This document shows positions 11,868 to 24,902 of a stretch of 64,000 nt of DNA, piece after piece. Numbering within the stretch: position 1 is the stretch's first letter; each line of letters starts with the position of its first letter. Origin of the DNA: Blastocystis sp. Blastoise. Lineage: Eukaryota > Protista > Bigyra: Opalinata. The notes beneath the pieces were generated by a model. The model saw only the letters and a program-made list of their open reading frames with translations, ran no database searches and had not been told where the DNA came from. The DNA lies in the NCBI GenBank assembly GCA_039096225.1, contig JBBPEB010000007.1, forward strand, positions 558,001 through 622,000, given 5' to 3'. Position numbers and translations under genes: made by a program.

Positions 11868-13732
11868 ATGTTCTACTCAACTGTCATTTTAACCAAAAAA
11901 GGAACGTTAGGACAAATATGGATCGCTGCACATTGGGATAATAAGTTATCAAAGAAGCAGATCAAAGATATTATTGTTTCAGTAAGTATTTTATTTCCCG
12001 CGAGATTAATTTATTTAGAAATCAGTTCATGATATTGAATCTCCTCCTGTAGCTTTATCTCTTCGACTCACAGCTCATTTATTGTTAGGTATTACTCGTA
12101 TCTACAAGAAGAAAGTCACATTTTTACAAATGGAGTGTGAAGAGTCTTCTGCAAGAATATTGAACAACTTAATGCAAAAGAGTTTAGTTCAAAAAGATGT
12201 TGTTACTGCATCGGACACGGATATTAATTTGAATTCTTCTAATATCCTTGATGATACACTTGATTTTGATATTACTTTAGATATGAATCAAAGTATGGAT
12301 AATTGGGTTGATATAGATAAGGATCCTTCCCTTCTGAATGATCTCTTAAATGTTACTAGCATAGAATTTCCACGTCAAGGTATATTATTATTAATTAATA
12401 AAGTTGTTTATTTTTTTTAAATAAGAAACTTTTTTTCATTTTATTTTTATATATAGATAATTCTGATTTAAATATGAGTATTGAAGAACCTCGAGAAATG
12501 TCTTCCTTCCCTACCCTAGACAGTACAATCCTCCCTCCCCTCGACAGTACATCCAGTCCTATGAAAGCCTTAGATCCTCTTACTATGGCTCCAGAGTCTG
12601 TAGATATATATAATGATACCACCACTCTCCCACCCATGGATATTCCCGCCTTTGATTTGTATATAGAGAAATATATTACTTTTTTTTTTTTTTTTTTTTT
12701 TTTATTTTTTTTTTTATTTTTTTATTTATATTATTTATTTATTTATTTGTTATTATTTATTTATTTGTTATTATTTATTTATTTGTTATTATTTATTTAT
12801 TATATTATATATAGAGGGACTACAATACAAGATTTTTCTGTTTCTGGAGTTGAAGCTCTAAATCAGAATGAATCCCTTGGTCCTAATGGAACCAATAATA
12901 ATACTACTACCACAAATAACAATATGAACAAGAATACCATTCAGAAAACAACCAGAAAACCAAGAAATAGCAAGAAGAGACGACTTCTTGAAGATAATTG
13001 TATTTATTCTTTATATATTTCTTTTTTTTTCTCTGTCTCTCTTTCTGTGATCTTTTTTCTACTTGTTTCTCTCTCTTAGCTATCGAATACCCTGAACGAT
13101 TGTTAAAACGTCGTCTTAATAAGCAAGATATGGAGACAAAGGATCGTATGACAGCCTACTGCGTCGACAGTATGACGAGTACTACTGTTGATCAACAACT
13201 CAATCAATTTATGAATGTTATAGGTTATAATAAATCTATTCAATCTCTTTTTCAAACAGCTCTTACTTCTTTCGCTGTTCCTTCACTTCAAAACTCTATT
13301 CCTATTTCAGCAACATTCAGTCCTATTCATCCTCCTTCCTCTCCTCGTTCCCTCGAAGATATAGCTCCTCTTCCTCTTCCTTCTTTCTATGATAACGATC
13401 AACCTTCTCTTTTTGAACAACCTTCCATACAAGATCTACCTCTTAATCATACTCTTGATGATATTACTAGAAATGAAGATGATATTCAAGATTTAAATGA
13501 AACATATATAGCTAAACAAGAAGAACATATTCATAAATTTAAAACAGTTGTTGAGAACGCCTTAGAAGAAGCCAATGAAAAGCCAGTTTCTTGGAATACT
13601 ATTAGTCACTCTGCTTCTAAAAAAACTGCTGCAAAATGTTTCTTTGCACTTATGGCTCTCAAATCACAAAATATATTTGATATACAACAAAATGAACCTT
13701 TTGAAGATATTCTTATTTCGAAAACACTCTAA
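11868..13732 (+). CDS. RAD21: Cohesin kleisin subunit, Rad21/Rec8 family
   Basis: N-terminus MFYSTVILTKKGTLGQIWIAAHWDNKLSKKQI and LSLRLTAHLLLGITRIYKKKVTFL; C-terminal winged helix SKKTAAKCFFALMALK...IQQNEPFEDILI; ExxR motifs SIEFPR and SIEEPR. Confidence 0.9.
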
Positions 13733-13995
13733 AAACATTTTTTAATCCACTTTTATAATATTCATTTATCTATGTATTTTCTACATTTTTCTACTTTTTT
13801 ACGAAAATATTTTCCATTTTCTTTTTTGATTTAATTCTATATATTAACATTCTTCTTTTGCTTCAAAATAATATATTTCTAATATACACAACTCAACTAA
13901 GAATTTATAAAATCGTATTATTAGTTTTTCATGTCAATACTTAAAATTTTGTAAAAATAAAATATAAAAAAATATTTTTTTTATTAACTACTTAA

Positions 13996-15385
13996 ATGGA
14001 TGAAATTGTTCAGAAAGCTATTGATTCACAAAGTATTACGTAAGTGAGTTCTTTTGAAAGTAGTTAATATCTTTAGAGCATTGACTCAAGATCAATTTGT
14101 ACAAAAGTATCTGCATATTACAATATTATCTATATATTGTTAAAGAAAAACAAATTTAGAGACAAAAGGTTACTCAATATTATCAAATGAAGATGCAAAA
14201 CAAGATTTAGAAGAAGTCATTCAGAAGAACTGCGAGTTATTCAACTTATCTCGTTCTGAAATTATAGTTTATCTATTGTTTTATCACTGGAAGATCGATA
14301 AGTTTCATGATGATTATCTTACTTGTGACGATGTACATATTTCTTTGAGAATACTTATCATTATTTTTATATTTTTTTTGTTGATAATAGATTCAAAAGA
14401 CTGTTGGATTTAAACCTGAGAAACTAAATCATTTTACAGGAGTGGTTACTTGTCCTGTATGTTTTGATGAATTCGATCCTAAAGATATTTTTTCTTTAAG
14501 ATGTGGTCATTAGTAAGTATTTATTAATATATATATATATATATATAAATGTCAAATACTAATATCCTATCTGTAGTTTATGTCAATCTTGTTGGAGTCA
14601 ATACATCAAAGCAAATGCAAATACAGGTAGTGATTTATTATTAAGATGTTTTTACCGTGAAAATAACAAAGAAAATGAAAAGAGTATATATTTATGGAAT
14701 AAAGTTACATTATTATATATATTTATATATAGCTCTTGACATGTGTTCAGAACCACTGTTCATGGACTTTATAGAACAAGTATAAGATTTATAATCCTAT
14801 ATATATTATATTATATGTTATATAGATGGTAGGAAGTGAATATTATATGAAGATATGCGATTGGTTACTTGATGACTATGTATATAACAATAAAACTCTT
14901 TTTCGATTCCAGAATATTCATAAGGACTGCTCGTATATTATTATTATTATTATTATTATTATTATGTTTATTATGTTTATTATTATTCTATTCTATTATT
15001 AGATGTCTTCTTAAACGAAAAGCTTGGTATAAAGGTATTCCTAATATATATATATATATATATATATAGGTAAGTGTATATGTCGATGTGGTTATGCTTA
15101 TTGCTCTCGTTGCTTCGGTGAATATCATTATCCGGCCACATGTGCACAAGTATCTATCTATATATATATATATATATATATAGTACAAATCATGGATGAC
15201 TCATGGTCGTGAAGAGAGAGAGACTTATCTCTATATATATAAGAATGTCAAACCGTGCCCCAAATGTAAAATCCCTATTTATAAGAATGTCGTATGTTCC
15301 CGCCAATTCTCTCCCGCCATTTTAACTCTTATTTCTAGGGATGTAACCATATGATTTGTCGCAAATGTAAATATCAATTCTGTTG

Positions 15386-15424
<39 letters not shown>

Positions 15425-16290
15425 GTGTATGGAAGAATGGAGTAGTCACCGCAGTGATGAACTCAAAGGATATTATACATGCAAGAAAGTATATATATAT
15501 ATATCAATAACACAATATATATCTACAGTATCAAACATCAAATGATGATATTACCACGGGAATCGAGAATAACTTCAATAGTAATCACGGGAATTTCATA
15601 TATAGTAAAATCAAAGAACAAGAAAATAACTTGGAAATGACTTCAAAGATGACAAATAATGTATACTCTTTTATTCTATATCTATATTTATATGATTATC
15701 TATAGATCACTGATAAGAATAGTAAAGGAGAAATCAACGTATATCATTATTCATTATTATATTTTTATTATTATTCATTATTAATGATTACCATACATTC
15801 TCTGTAGGAAGAGAAAGACCCTTTATTAAAAGAATTATCTAACTATTTAAATGATGTATATTCATACTTCTCCATCTCTCTCTTCTCTAACCTTATTTGT
15901 ATATATATATATAGTTAAATGATTATTTTGACTTCTTACGATGGTCCTATGTATTATTATATCTACAACCGCTCACAATCTCACAAGATAATTCCACGGG
16001 AAATAAGTCCAGCGCGCCTTCTCCTTTGGCGGGATCTCTATCTCTCTTCGAAGAACATATCAGCACATTCAATAAATATATTATTGAATTCAATGTCTAT
16101 ATTAATGAAGGAATTAATCTTGTATATTATATATTATATTATATTATATTATATTATATAGTTGGAAAGTGATGAAATGTATGATTTCAAACAATATATG
16201 TATGTTATATCATCTCTTACACATTATAAATACATTTGTGAACAATGCAAAACAGATCTCATTCAAGAAATCAATGATAAACACTATTAA
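13996..16290 (+). CDS. RBR (Ariadne/ARIH-like) E3 ubiquitin ligase
   Basis: RING1 CPVC..CGH..CQSCW, IBR CRCGYAYCSRCFGEYHYPATC, RING2 [32 protein letters not shown], and Ariadne-like LRWSYV. Confidence 0.85.
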
Positions 16291-17041
16291 ACTTTATTCA
16301 TTCCACTTTTCTTTAAATCTTATTGGAAGTCTTCTTTTATACATTTTGTGTTTTATTAACTCTCATTAACTCATTTAATTATACAAGATTTTTTTTTCAT
16401 GCCATCTTATTTATTATTACATTTATATTATTTCTTACACAAATAATATATCCCAAACTCTTCAAATAGTTTGTAACTCTTAGTTTCTTAGTAATTCTAC
16501 TATATATTTTTTACCATAAACATTCACCTTACGTATTAAATTTCAAAGATAAATAGGATCCCATTTTCATGAATAAATCGAATTATTTCATTATTAATTA
16601 TCTACTCTTCATTATGAAATGCTGATTTATCATATACTTATATGTCAAACTAATAAATCAACGAAATAAAACTCATCATAATTATCATCAAAATATTTTC
16701 AACAGCCAAACATAAATATCTATTTTATAATTATATACTATGTATCTTCTCAATTTAGAATTCATGATTTTTTTTTTAATTTTATTTGGAAATGAAAACA
16801 AAAAATCTTCGTTTCTAAATACAAAAGATACTTTTAACTCCCCCTCAGAAAAAAAAAGAAAAACAGTTCACAAATAAATAAAAAACAGGATTTTTTCTTC
16901 GTTTTCTTTTTTATTATTCATTTTATACGAAACGAAGCCATTCCAAAATTGAAATGTTATGATAGAAATGTGATGATGAAGAAAGGCTTATGAATGTAAA
17001 GCAAATCATATTTTTTTGTTTTTCAGGATTTCCTTTCCAAC

Positions 17042-18720
17042 ATGATAAAAATATTGATTTATGTCTTTTTGATTTTCTTAATCATAGTTACTGCTCAAAT
17101 ACAGCAACCATCTGATTATGCAAATGCTCCAAGTCCAAAATGTCTTCCAATGTATGCCCCTCCTGGAAGCAATGCTACTAGTGGTAATACATATACAGTT
17201 AATGTCACATATAGTAGTGATTTCCCTTGTTATTGTGACATAAGACCTGAGGACGACGAACCATTTGCTGCAAGTATTGCATATGCTGTAGCTGATACTC
17301 TTACTGAATTACAGCTTAGTTTTGATCCTTCTTTGAAGAGAGAGACCTACAGATTAAATCCTCAAGATTTTTTAGATTGTTATGCTTATTATATTCAAGA
17401 AGATATCACCAAACAAGAATTAGCAAGAGTTGATGTTTCTCGTGCACTCAACTATGTTAGAAGTTTTGGTATATTACCTTATCCTAGTGAAGATGAAGAA
17501 GTATTAAAAAATATTGTTGTCACATTCCCTGATCAACAAAGATGTAATCGAAATCGAGCTAAAGCTGTATATATATATTATCTATCATTCTAATAGATTT
17601 CTTATTATATTCACTTCTTTAGGTATTTATTAATGGTTACTATTATATTGCTCCATCTCAAGTAAAGAATCTATTACGTCGATTCCGTTTGAGTCCTTTA
17701 ATATTGAGTTTATCACTAGATACACTTGGATCTACCGCCAATCCTCCTATTTACCCACCAACTGGAAGTCTTACTACACCCCCTGATTTATTCTATAAAT
17801 GGGAAGATAAAGAAGAACAAGATAAGAGATGCGATAACAGTTATAATAATAATATCAATCAATTTCAAACCCCTGGTTATTGCCCTACATTCACCTATTT
17901 CTCTAGAATGATCGGATATTCTATACAATATGGTCATGGATCACCTGATTTATGGAACATCTATTCTTGTATGTATCGACGAAATACTCCTACTATTAAC
18001 ACCTGTAACGCATTCAGTCGATTCACTCCCTACTGGCAAAGTACTAATCAATTCACAGATACGGCTTATCTCACATATGGAGCTTATCAACCCTATATTA
18101 TAGATCCTTGTGAAGCTGGTATATATACGTCTACAATGTTTTATTCTATTATCCAATATATATATTACTCATGTTATATTTATAATATATATAATATATA
18201 GATGTTGATTCTACTATTTTCACACTCACAGATGATGAAATCGACTTTATGGAACGCGAAAAACTCTCTTATTGCGATCTCTTTGGAATTGATACTTTCA
18301 CAATTCATGGTATATTATCTATATAACCTTGATAATTACATATAATATATAATCCATTATAACTACTTTTCCTTCTATAGGATATAATGATGAAGAAATT
18401 CTTATGTTAGCCCATATTATTCAATATAACTTCTATTATAACACTAAACATTTCAATACTCCAGAAACATCAGGAAAATGGGACCTTGTTCACTTCCATA
18501 TTCATAGTATTTCTATTCTTATTCATATATAATCTTTCTAATTTCTCTTTATCTAGATGACTTGGATCTCTATGGCAAAGGTTTGACTACTCAAGCTTAT
18601 ATGGCTCTTAATATCATTCGACCCATTCTTAAAACAGCTCTTATCACTGCAGACAATTTTAATGTAAATGACTATATGCTTCCGTCTTTCACTCAAACCA
18701 ACACAAATCTTAGAGGATAA
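17042..18720 (+). CDS. Secreted papain-fold (C1A-like) protein with degenerate active site and a C-terminal extension
   Basis: Signal peptide MIKILIYVFLIFLIIVTA; DIRPEDDEPFAASIAYAVAD...RLNPQDFLDC...ALNYVRSFGI resembles the C1A segment xxxQxxCGSCWAF...LSEQxLVDC...AFxY...GI. Stop at 18718-18720. Confidence 0.5.
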
Positions 18721-19154
18721 TCTTAATGCATTCATTATATATTATATTCATATTTTATCATCTTATATTTTGCTTAAATTGATGTGCTTTAAATGTGTTA
18801 AAAGTTTTTTATTTTAGAATACCATAAAGTTTTATTACTGTATCCTTCTGTTTTTTTAATTTAAAGATCATTTTTTTTTTCATAATTTTATTAAAATTTG
18901 TTTGTTATATTTAAAAAGAGGTTCAGAAGTTTTACCAACTATTTTTTAGCATTCTTTTAATAACAACATAAATATTTATTATTAAGACATATAAAGCACA
19001 ATTTTTGAAAATATAATTTATCAATCAAGATTATTATCTGAAGAATTACTAAAAATATATATAGTATCAATAGAATTGATAAAAAAGATCAAGTGAATCA
19101 GATAAATGGTTATTTGAATAGAAACTAGAATTATTAGAATTAGTTTCATATTTT

Positions 19155-21091
19155 TTAAAATAAGAATTCATTATCATCTACAATTGTTATTGAAGAATCA
19201 TTAATTGTAGTATCTATTTCATCTTCAATAATCATTGAATCATTTTGAATTGAAATAGTATCTGTTTGTGGATTCATATAGAAAAATAAATCTCTAAACA
19301 AATTATCATCAGAATAACAAAATTTATTCTTTGTAAATAAAATATTCATAAAATAGAAAGATCTTTCTACACTAACAGTAGTAGAAGGTAATTGAATAAT
19401 GAAAGGAATTATTTTAGAAATAGAAGGAATTTGTTTAAGAAGAAGAAAATAGAATTTTATCATTTGTTCTTTACTTATCATATTTTGAGGAAAACATTCA
19501 TTTTCTTTCTTTTCAATATCTATAAAATCTTTCAATTTTGAAACACATAATAAATAATCTTTCTTTTCAATATTTAAAAATTCAGATGAAGTGAAAGAAG
19601 GAAATGAAAAAGACATCAAGAAAGGATTAAAATATTTTACTTCATTAAAAATATCATTTGTTTCTTATTCATGAATTTGATTTCTTTCAATTTTAATAAT
19701 GTATTCGTAAAACCTATTTAATATAAATAAATAATAATAATAATAAATATACTTTTCTTATATTCTTGAATAAATGAAGATTGAACATTTGATAAATTAT
19801 TTTCCTCACATATTTCATTCACTATCATAATTATATTATCTTTTGAATTCTTCAATTCTTCTTCAATTTCATCTATCAAACTAGAAACATTACAACATTG
19901 AAAATTATCATTGGATAATAATTTTAATATTTCTTCAAACATTATCCCACTCTTCAAAAGAATCGACATTTCGATTTGTAAAGAAGAAGATAATTGATTA
20001 TCTTGAAGAATATTCAATATTTCTTTATCTTTTTCACTTAACATATCCAATGTTTCTAAATATTCATAGAATGATTTCAAATATTTAAAATGTTTCAAAA
20101 TATATCTTAATGATTTATACCAAGATATCCATCGTGTTTCGACATATGAAAAGAAAGAAGACGAAGGAATATTATTTATATTAAGAAAGGATAACCATAA
20201 ATCATTTTTCTTTCTAAAGAAACGAAATGATGAATTAATGAGATTAATAAATGATTTTGTATTAATAAAACCATCTTTTAGTTTTTCAGCTACTAAATTA
20301 ATCATATGCATAAAACATCCACAATAAATTCCATCACTAAAAATCGATTCATAATTATTACCAGCATTTCGCATAGTATTACAGTTATCTGTATGAAACG
20401 ATTTAAATTGCTTTCTTTTAATGTTCCATTCTTCTAATGTATCTTGAATGATAGAAAGAAAAATATTAGATTTTTGATTTTCCATTCGTTTCAAGTTTAT
20501 TAAGTAGAAAGGCTCATTCAAATTGAAAGAATTCAATCTTCTTACGATTATTGATAAATAATTAGAACCAGCATCTGAAGTAGAAGAATCACATAGAACA
20601 GCTAGAGGACATTTATCTAAACTTATTTTTACATATTGAAGACGTTCATCATACAATTTAGGAATAATTCGTTTTTGAATAGTATTATAACAAGGTATAT
20701 TATTATTATTCATTTCAAATATATTTTTCAATTTCATTCTAAATTGAGGTTTCTTAAATTTATTAATAGGAATACATTCTTCTAAAAATAATTCTATTAA
20801 TTTTTCAAATCTTATATAATTCACATTAGATTCAATAATTCTATTTTTTATATTATTAGTTTTCTTTACAGAAGATACAGTAGCAGACTTTTCTTTCATG
20901 AATGAATTCATATTAGAAATATGCATATCAGTATTGAGATGTTTATTAATAGAAGATAATCTTTTATGATCTACAATACAATTACAATAAATACAACGAA
21001 GATTATTATTCTTTGATATAAAACATTTCTTTTCTTCTTCATTCATACTTGATGATAATTTTATTTTTGTTAAACGACTTATTGGATTCAT
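19155..21091 (-). mobile_element. hAT-superfamily transposase with CGGBP1-like N-terminal zinc finger; apparent frameshift near 19665
   Basis: LRCIYCNCIVDHKRLSSINKHLNTDMH zinc finger; LCDSSTS (D), HTDNCNTM (D), CFMH (CxxH), ETRW and STTVSVERSF (E, dimerisation region). One short intron at about 19714-19752. Confidence 0.85.
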
Positions 21092-21107
21092 TTTATAGAT
21101 TCTCGTT

Positions 21108-22659
21108 TAGAGCGGTTCAAAAGTTGCGACAAAAGTTGCGAAAAAGTTGTGACAAGTTGCGACAAAGTTGCGACAAGTTGCGACAAGTTGCGACACTTTT
21201 TATATCTCATTTATAAGCCATATATTTATTATATTATATAATTAAATATATAATTATAAAGATATTTACATGATGATTACATAAATAATTTTTAAATAAA
21301 TTAATAATAAGTTTAATACTCTTAATAAGCGTTTTAAACACTAAAAATTGAACTTTTAAAGTCAAATTTATTCTATAAATATCGTTATTTTAATCATTTT
21401 AACAATCTTTTAACGATTTTAAAAATATTATATTATTTTTATATTATAAAAATAATGTTATTAAATATAAAAAGTGAAAAATTGAATGTCATAGATAGAG
21501 CGGTTCAAAAGTTGCGACAAAAGTTGCGAAAAAGTTGTGACAAGTTGCGACAAAGTTGCGACAAGTTGCGACAAGTTGCGACACTTTTTATATCTCATTT
21601 GTAAGCCATATATTTATTATATTATATAATTAAATATATAATTATAAAGATATTTACATGATGATTACATAAGTAATTTTTAAATAAATTAATAATAAGT
21701 TTAATACTCTTAATAAGCGTTTTAAACACTAAAAATTGAACTTTTAAAGTCAAATTTATTCTATAAATATCGTTATTTTAATCATTTTAACAATCTTTTA
21801 ACGATTTTAAAAATATTATATTATTTTTATATTATAAAAATAATGTTATTAAATATAAAAAGTGAAAAATTGAATGTCATAGATAGAGCGGTTCAAAAGT
21901 TGCGACAAAAGTTGCGAAAAAGTTGTGACAAGTTGCGACAAAGTTGCGACAAGTTGCGACAAGTTGCGACACTTTTTATATCTCATTTGTAAGCCATATA
22001 TTTATTATATTATATAATTAAATATATAATTATAAAGATATTTACATGATGATTACATAAGTAATTTTTAAATAAATTAATAATAAGTTTAATACTCTTA
22101 ATAAGCGTTTTAAACACTAAAAATTGAACTTTTAAAGTCAAATTTATTCTATAAATATCGTTATTTTAATCATTTTAACAATCTTTTAACGATTTTTAAA
22201 ATATTATATTATTTTTATATTATAAAAATAATGTTATTAAATATAAAAAGTGAAAAATTGAATGTCATAGATAGAGCGGTTCAAAAGTTGCGACAAAAGT
22301 TGCGAAAAAGTTGTGACAAGTTGCGACAAAGTTGCGACAAGTTGCGACAAGTTGCGACACTTTTTATATCTCATTTGTAAGCCATATATTTATTATATTA
22401 TATAATTAAATATATAATTATAAAGATATTTACATGATGATTACATAAGTAATTTTTAAATAAATTAATAATAAGTTTAATACTCTTAATAAGCGTTTTA
22501 AACACTAAAAATTGAACTTTTAAAGTCAAATTTATTCTATAAATATCGTTATTTTAATCATTTTAACAATCTTTTAACGATTTTTAAAATATTATATTAT
22601 TTTTATATTATAAAAATAATGTTATTAAATATAAAAAGTGAAAAATTGAATGTCATAGA
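21108..22659 (+). repeat. Four near-identical 388-bp tandem copies of a transposon left end
   Basis: Units start at 21108, 21496, 21884 and 22272 with TAGAGCGGTTCAAAAGTTGCGAC followed by AAGTTGCGAC decamer repeats. Confidence 0.95.
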
Positions 22660-23865
22660 TAGAGCGGTTCAAAAGTTGCGACAAATCGAGTTGCGACAAA
22701 AGTTAAGACAGTTGCGACACTTTTTATATCTCATTTGTAAGTCATATATTTATTATAAAATATATTTAAATATATAATTATAAAGATATTTTCATGATGA
22801 TTACATAAATAATTTTTAAATAAATTAATAATAAGTTTAATACACAAAATAAGCGTTTTAAACACTAAAATTTGAAATTTTTGAAATTCATAAGAAAAAT
22901 TCATTAGATAAATATACTTATTTTTATCAATTTTTTATTCTTTTAACGATTTTAAAAATATTATATTATTTTTATATTATCAAAATAATGTTATTAAATA
23001 TTAAAATCGAAGAATTGAACGTCATAAAAGCTTCATTGAAGACAAAATGAGCTCATTAAGTATAAAAAGTATTTTAAAATGATTCATTTCTTCATAATGA
23101 GCTAATAATGAGCTATTGATAACATATATATTCAAATAATTTCATTTCATCAAAATTCAATTTTTAACATTCTTCATTAAACATCATATAATGAATCATT
23201 ATGATGTAAATATGTATCTATATGATAATTAATAGTCAATTATAAATATATTATTCTTAATTAGATGACAACATGAGCTGATAAAAATAAATTCAGTTCA
23301 AAATGGCTTAAAATCAATCTATTCATGAACCAATTTTCATTATTAAATACTATGAATGATAAACATAATAATTTTAATTAAATATAATTAAATAATGCGA
23401 AGAAAAGAAAATTGAAATTCATTTGAATTTTGATTAGAAAATGTAATTTCAAAAATGAGTCAAAAATGGATTTATCCCGTAAATAAATCAATTTTTTGAC
23501 TGGAAAAAAAATGTTCAAAATATTTAGAATTCTTTCTTTAATTCATTTCATATGATCTTTTCATTTTCATAAAATGAAATTTGGTATATATATTCATCAC
23601 TACTTAGTTCATATAATGAAATATTATATTCTATAAAATATTTAATTAAATAAATGTTTAAATGAAAAGTTGTGACAAAGTTGTGACAAATTGCGACACT
23701 GAATTCTTTTTTTAAACAAGTCTTTTTTAGTTGCCAAATTAATAAAATAATCACGGGACTCTCGCCATTATTCTTGGTTAAAAAAGTTGCGACAAATTGC
23801 GACAAATTGAGACAAGTTGTGAAATTTGTCGCAACTCGATTTGTCACAACTTTTGAGCCGCTCTA
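22660..23865. mobile_element. Non-autonomous hAT-like element (about 1.2 kb) with 41-bp TIRs
   Basis: 22660-22700 TAGAGCGGTTCAAAAGTTGCGACAAATCGAGTTGCGACAAA matches the reverse complement of 23825-23865 with 2 mismatches. Subterminal TTG(C/T)GACAA repeats at both ends; no real ORF. Confidence 0.88.
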
Positions 23866-24902
23866 TTCTTTATAATATATTTATTAATATTTATGTGTTT
23901 TGTTTTTGATAATGATAAACAAATTATTTAATGTATTTGACTTTGAATGATTTCAATTATATTTACAAAATTCTTTGTTTTATCATTTATATGTAATAAT
24001 TGTTTCTATATTAATCAATCAATTTGATTGAAATAAAATAAAATAAAATCAAATGTTACACTTTTTTTCTTTATCAAACTCGTTTTATCCAAAAAATATC
24101 TATTGTTTGGTTTTGATATGAATCCATTGCTTTGATTTAATCATTTGAGTTGGATAATACTTGAAATTGATAGTATTTTCAAAATATTTATATGAATCAT
24201 TTTCGTTATATTATTTTCCTTCCATTTGATTAATTATCTCGATGATCTATGGATAATCAACACGTATTTATTATATTGAAAAATAATATAGAACGTTTAA
24301 ATAATTATAATCACGTTCAATGATCGGAAAAATAGTATTTATACAAGTTTAACCAAATCTTTTTGTTTTTAACTGAGAATCGTTATAGATGCCATATATG
24401 TTTTAAAAAACCTTTAAAATTACTTATGTAAGCATTTTGAATTCTAATTTATAGAATAAATAATAAAAAAAAATATATATGAAAATGTTTGGCATCTAAA
24501 ACATTGATAAAAAGTGTCATAATTTCACAAATTGTTGTTATTTATTAATGCTCTAAATTTGAGTATAACTTAGATAGTAAAACAATGTTGATAACAAAAA
24601 TTATTTGCTAAAAAAATTTAAAGAAGATAAGACATTAAAAAGGAAAACTTAAGTTTAGAGAATCATTTCAGGTAATTACAAAACTTTTCATTTACAAACA
24701 TCATGAATATGTACGTTTATAGTTATTTTATAGGATACAAAATAAGAGTTAATATAAAAAGATATAGGAAAAAAAAAATCTAAATAGAAAGAAATGAGTG
24801 ACCAAAAAAAAAATATCATAAAAAAGTAGTAGTTGAGTGTGAAAAATATATTACATTAGTATCATTTCTGATCAATTCTTGATCTAATCACGTTCTTTTG
24901 AT

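Noticed and set aside
18913-18938. Degenerate left TIR that would enclose the hAT transposase
   Set aside because: Only about 17/24 identity in AT-rich DNA, no TAGAG terminus and no matching TSD.
21108-22700. Regularly spaced repeats as a CRISPR array
   Set aside because: The intervening sequences are identical 388-bp units, the context is eukaryotic, and the repeats match a transposon TIR.
23548-23847. 99-aa ORF in the TIR element
   Set aside because: It is a translation of the subterminal repeats from a non-ATG start.
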